Shown: positions 60,202 to 64,000 of the stretch, one piece after another
Position numbering within the stretch: position 1 is the stretch's first letter
Layout of the letters: every line of letters begins with the position of its first letter
Origin: Isurus oxyrinchus
Lineage: Eukaryota
Direction of reading: 5' to 3'
Length of the DNA: 64,000 nucleotides
Assembly (NCBI GenBank): GCA_026770705.1
Contig: JANJGN010000026.1
Location: 33,356,001-33,420,000 of the forward strand
Made by a program: the position numbers and the translations under genes
The notes under the pieces: model-generated
The model's input: the letters and a program-made list of their open reading frames with translations, nothing else
Databases searched by the model: none
Told to the model about the DNA's origin: nothing

Positions 60202-63200
60202 GAACATGGTGGGATTACAGACATACAATGACACAGAGTGCAGGGATATTGGGAACTCAAACATTATTCACGAACATTTTCTCAAAGGTTGTCCGCATTT
60301 TACCGCACAGGATAAAGTGCTTAAACTGATCAGGTCTGCATTTCCTTCTCGCTCCTCCCACCCTTGAATTTTCTTCTCTGCCCAATGCTCCTGTGAATAT
60401 ACTTCATGAAATTATTTCACATTCTCACACTCCATTATTTCCCATGAATCGGTATTTTACCGATTCATAATAACTCAAGTGAGTTTATTGCCACCTTTTT
60501 CTACGGGGACCGGGAGATTTTTTTCTCTCTCTTGTTTGGTCCAGTCCGCCTTTTACCGATTGAGTTGATAAGAAGTCACCGCCTCCTGTGATTTCCCGGA
60601 TTCTGCCTACGATCGGCTGAGAGATTCTCTCAACTCAACAGGACATTTACTGTCTGTTGGAACTGAAAACTGGGGCACCTCTCGACTAGAAAGGATTTAG
60701 ATCCAGACATGTAAGATAGCATTTCCCACAATTGAGCGTAGCTGGGAGTGGCCTCTATCTGTGACACGGACCGCTCTGCACTCGGGACAAACGGGCCACA
60801 CATGAGGACTGGAACAACACAGCCTCTTACAATCGGCCTGTTCTATTTTAATCAACCGCCGCAGCCGCGCAGCGGGTTACCGGCCTCAAACATGACCGAA
60901 ATCAAGTTTTATGAAGCTGATCAATGATTTCCCCATAATGGATGACGTCAAAATGCCTTCTATCAGTCACAACACATGTTTCACCCAATCAACCAGGGCC
61001 AGGGGGTCGGGGACCGGTGGGTGGGGGAACAGCCGGGAGTGGGGCGCCTCCAGCTCAGCTGATAGCCTGGGCATAAGAATGGAGGCTATTTGACTAAAGG
61101 ATGTAATCAGGAGCGAAATGGTGCTGGGCAAATAAATTACAACTGTTTCAAAGTCTGGATTTAGCTCAGTTTAGGGCCCCATTGTTCATAATTGATATTA
61201 GAACATGCCTGGAGGCCGGATGTTACGTCACTATCCGTGTTCTCCTCTGTCTCCCCTGAGAAATTAGAGCTGCTCCGTCTGGTCTCACTACCTTCTCCCA
61301 TTCCTCACTTAGATCAAGGGGGCGCTAATAAGATGATTTTGACCAGGTTCTCTCTTTCACCTGGTGACTCCTGTAAAGGGTACAAAGATATGAAGTCGAG
61401 GTAACTCTTTTTAGGCGAGGCCCCCAGAAGAAGTCCAGAATAAGCGTTGTCCACAAGTTGTTCATGCCCTGACAAGGTGTCTCAGGGAGTCTCCCAATGT
61501 GGTTCACTTCACAGGTGCAGCAACAATGAGCATGAAAGGGTGACCCCCTGTCAGTGGCGAGCGTCCCTTTAAACTGCGTTTGCAATTAACACCAAGATCG
61601 TGTTTTTTCCCCATCACCTGGACTCTGTTGGAGAGTGCTTTACTTGAAGCATTTGCACCAACCGCTGTGCAGCATCTTTAAGTAAAGCGAGCAGGCATTT
61701 TTGCAGCCTCACTGCGGCTCCCAGCTCTGACTTCAACTTCTTTATCGACATTACCTCGTGACCCCGAGTTCCATTACCTCAGTTTGGGGAAACTTCCACC
61801 CAGTATCTGCCCTGTAAAGCCCCTGAAGAATACTATTTGTGTTCATGAGATCACCTCTCATCCTCTTAAACTCTAGGGATTATAGGCCCGGGCTACTCAA
61901 TCTCTTCCCATTGGACAATCCATTCATCTCAGGAATCACCCTTATGCACCTTTGCTGCACTCCTTCCAAAGCATCTTGATCTCTCTTCTGTAAGGACACC
62001 AAAACTTTACACAGTATTTCAGACTGGAGTCCATTTCAGTCCTCTCCTGCATAAAACTCACCCAACATCCTGGGGTCGGATTGCACTTTCAAAGGCGGCC
62101 AGAGATCATCCAATCCTTTTCTCCCTTTGGACGAGCTATTTCTTGCTGGTTGTCAATGAACATGCCACCAGTTTCTAATTGTTCCCTTATGTTCATGTTC
62201 TCCTTTATAAGATTAATGCATCATCCTTATTCTCTCACTGCACTATGTTGTTTCCATTAACATTAATCAGGGATACAGATAAATTACAGCAATCCCAACT
62301 CTCAACATCTGCTTTAAAATAGAGAGAAGTGTCTGCAGTTCCAAACTTTCACGTTTCAGCCTGAGGGCTGAAAAGGAGGAGAGTGATTGGTTCTACGAAG
62401 ACAATTGAAAGATATGGCGGGGACAATGTCGCTAATTTCAGTCATTGATTGTCCAATAATAAAATTCCATATTTACCCACATCAGGATCACTTATATCTG
62501 AAGTCCGTTGTGTCACTCTTCCGTTTTTCTCCCGGGTCAGGTATTGAACAAGCCACTGCAGGTATCCAAACTTGCCGCAGGTGTGTTGAGTTTATTCACC
62601 TGGTGCCTCATTCAAATTGTACGGCTTGAGAGACTTGCAGCTGTTAACCGTTTACACTGTTCAGTTTCTGAATTCCAAACAGAACAGTTAAACGAGTGGT
62701 TTCTGCAGTGCGGCCGCCAACAGCTCGAAGACCGTTGATCAGCCGAACCGGTTTTAGTCACGTTGAAATCACACAATGGGACAAAATTAAAACACAATTT
62801 GCTGGAATTCAGAAATTGAACCGGATTTTATAGAATGAGCTGTTGGCTCTCTCTCTCTCTCTTTGCCTGTCTATTTCTCCCTGCCTCTATATCTTTCCTT
62901 CTTTCCCTGTCTCTGTCTGGGCCTCTCTCCCTTTGTCTATTGCATTCTCCTTCCCTTTCTAAATTTCTGTCTTTGTTGTTGTGTCTCTCAGTTGTCTCTC
63001 GCAATCTCTCTCTCTCTCTCTCCCTCTCTCTCTCCCTCTCTCCCTCTTTCTCTCTCACCCCTTCCCGTCTCTCTCGCACACACACTTTCTGCTCTCTGCG
63101 TCAATCTTTGTCTCCATCCTGTGACTCTTTCTGAGTGTCTCGGCATATTTTCCTCCTTTTCTCTCCCTCATCTCTCACTTTCTCTCTTTCATTCTACTTT

Positions 63201-64000
63201 CCTTGGCTTTCATGTTCTACTTTCATTGGTTCCAATCGAAAGTGTCACTTTTCCCTTTTTTGTTCAGAATCCGAAATATTCGCAAACTTGACTTTCTGTC
63301 AATAAAACGTATTAACTTTGGATGCAAATTTACAGCCGGAAAGCGTCGGTTTCTGATTCTGGTGCTGTCAGAGGTGAAGATTCAGTGTTCACAAAATGAA
63401 CTCCCACCATTCAGGTTATATGGCAGCCTAGCGATATTTTCCGTACAGTGCTTATATCGGTTTGTATCACTGAATATTCAGCACACAATAAAACATCCCA
63501 CTGTCACTCAGTTCTACATCTTTCAGGATTAAACTGAAAAAACGATCTGATACCCGGAGTGTTGAATAGATTCGGCCGCCCACACGCTCTGCTTACTGCC
63601 CTCCCTCTGAATTCATTTTGATTTTCAGTGTCAGCGCCTTCTCGTTTCTTTGGTGCCAGAAAAGATCATATCGGCGGCGACCTGTGGAGTTTCAACAGGG
63701 CAATACCATTCATCCTTTCTCCAAACATGATACTGATGATGCAGGTTGCTTAATTGTATTTGAATAGTACAGACTTTCGAATAGTCAATGAACAGAAGAC
63801 AAATGGATGTTTAGATACTGGAGACAACAATAAATCCTCGTTCCTTTCCTTCATCGCACCAACATTGTATGAGGCCATTCAGCTCATCGTGTCAGTGTAG
63901 CCTCTTTGGCAGAGGCACCAAATTGTTCGCACTTCACTGTTCACCCTGCTTTGTCTTGCAAAGGTTTCCATTTCAAGTAGTTACCCAATTATGTTTTTGA

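Larger units (their letters stand above)
57992..64000 (+). repeat. Segmental duplication, copy B (matches 1-6014)
   Basis: As above; differs only by scattered substitutions and small indels. Confidence 0.98.

Noticed and set aside
1-64000. TCR/Ig constant exons, IgH-type V segments, tRNA/rRNA genes
   Set aside because: No C1-set exon, VH-type framework motifs or structured RNA gene recognised by eye; weak remnants could have been missed.

Overview
This is eukaryotic DNA from a cartilaginous fish, most likely a shark, judging by the IgNAR-type V, typical elasmobranch LINE/SINE repeats and a GPR139-like GPCR. The window is part of the V region of a T-cell receptor alpha/delta locus. I find 14 V gene segments plus a leader-only relic, in both orientations, and most are pseudogenes. 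The main structure is a NAR-TCR-type cassette at 56.3-60.2 kb: leader, IgNAR-like V (frameshifted) with a 12-spacer RSS, a 23-RSS J with a splice donor, a 2.6-kb intron, and a leaderless 'supporting' TCR-delta V with an extra CDR1 Cys and two tandem 23-RSS. Positions 1-6014 are a near-identical copy of 57992-64000, suggesting a ~58-kb tandem repeat unit; an N-gap at 46776-46911 means assembly artefact is possible. Also present are an intact two-exon GPR139-like GPCR (exon 1 is missed by the ORF track), an inverted GPCR pseudogene fused to a truncated V, two V pseudogenes whose RSS spacers are 12 rather than 23 bp, several CTCF-like motifs, an LTR+env retroelement remnant, a MITE-like element, satellites and many LINE/SINE fragments. 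Most ORFs in the track are spurious. All alignments were made by eye, and repeat boundaries are approximate.
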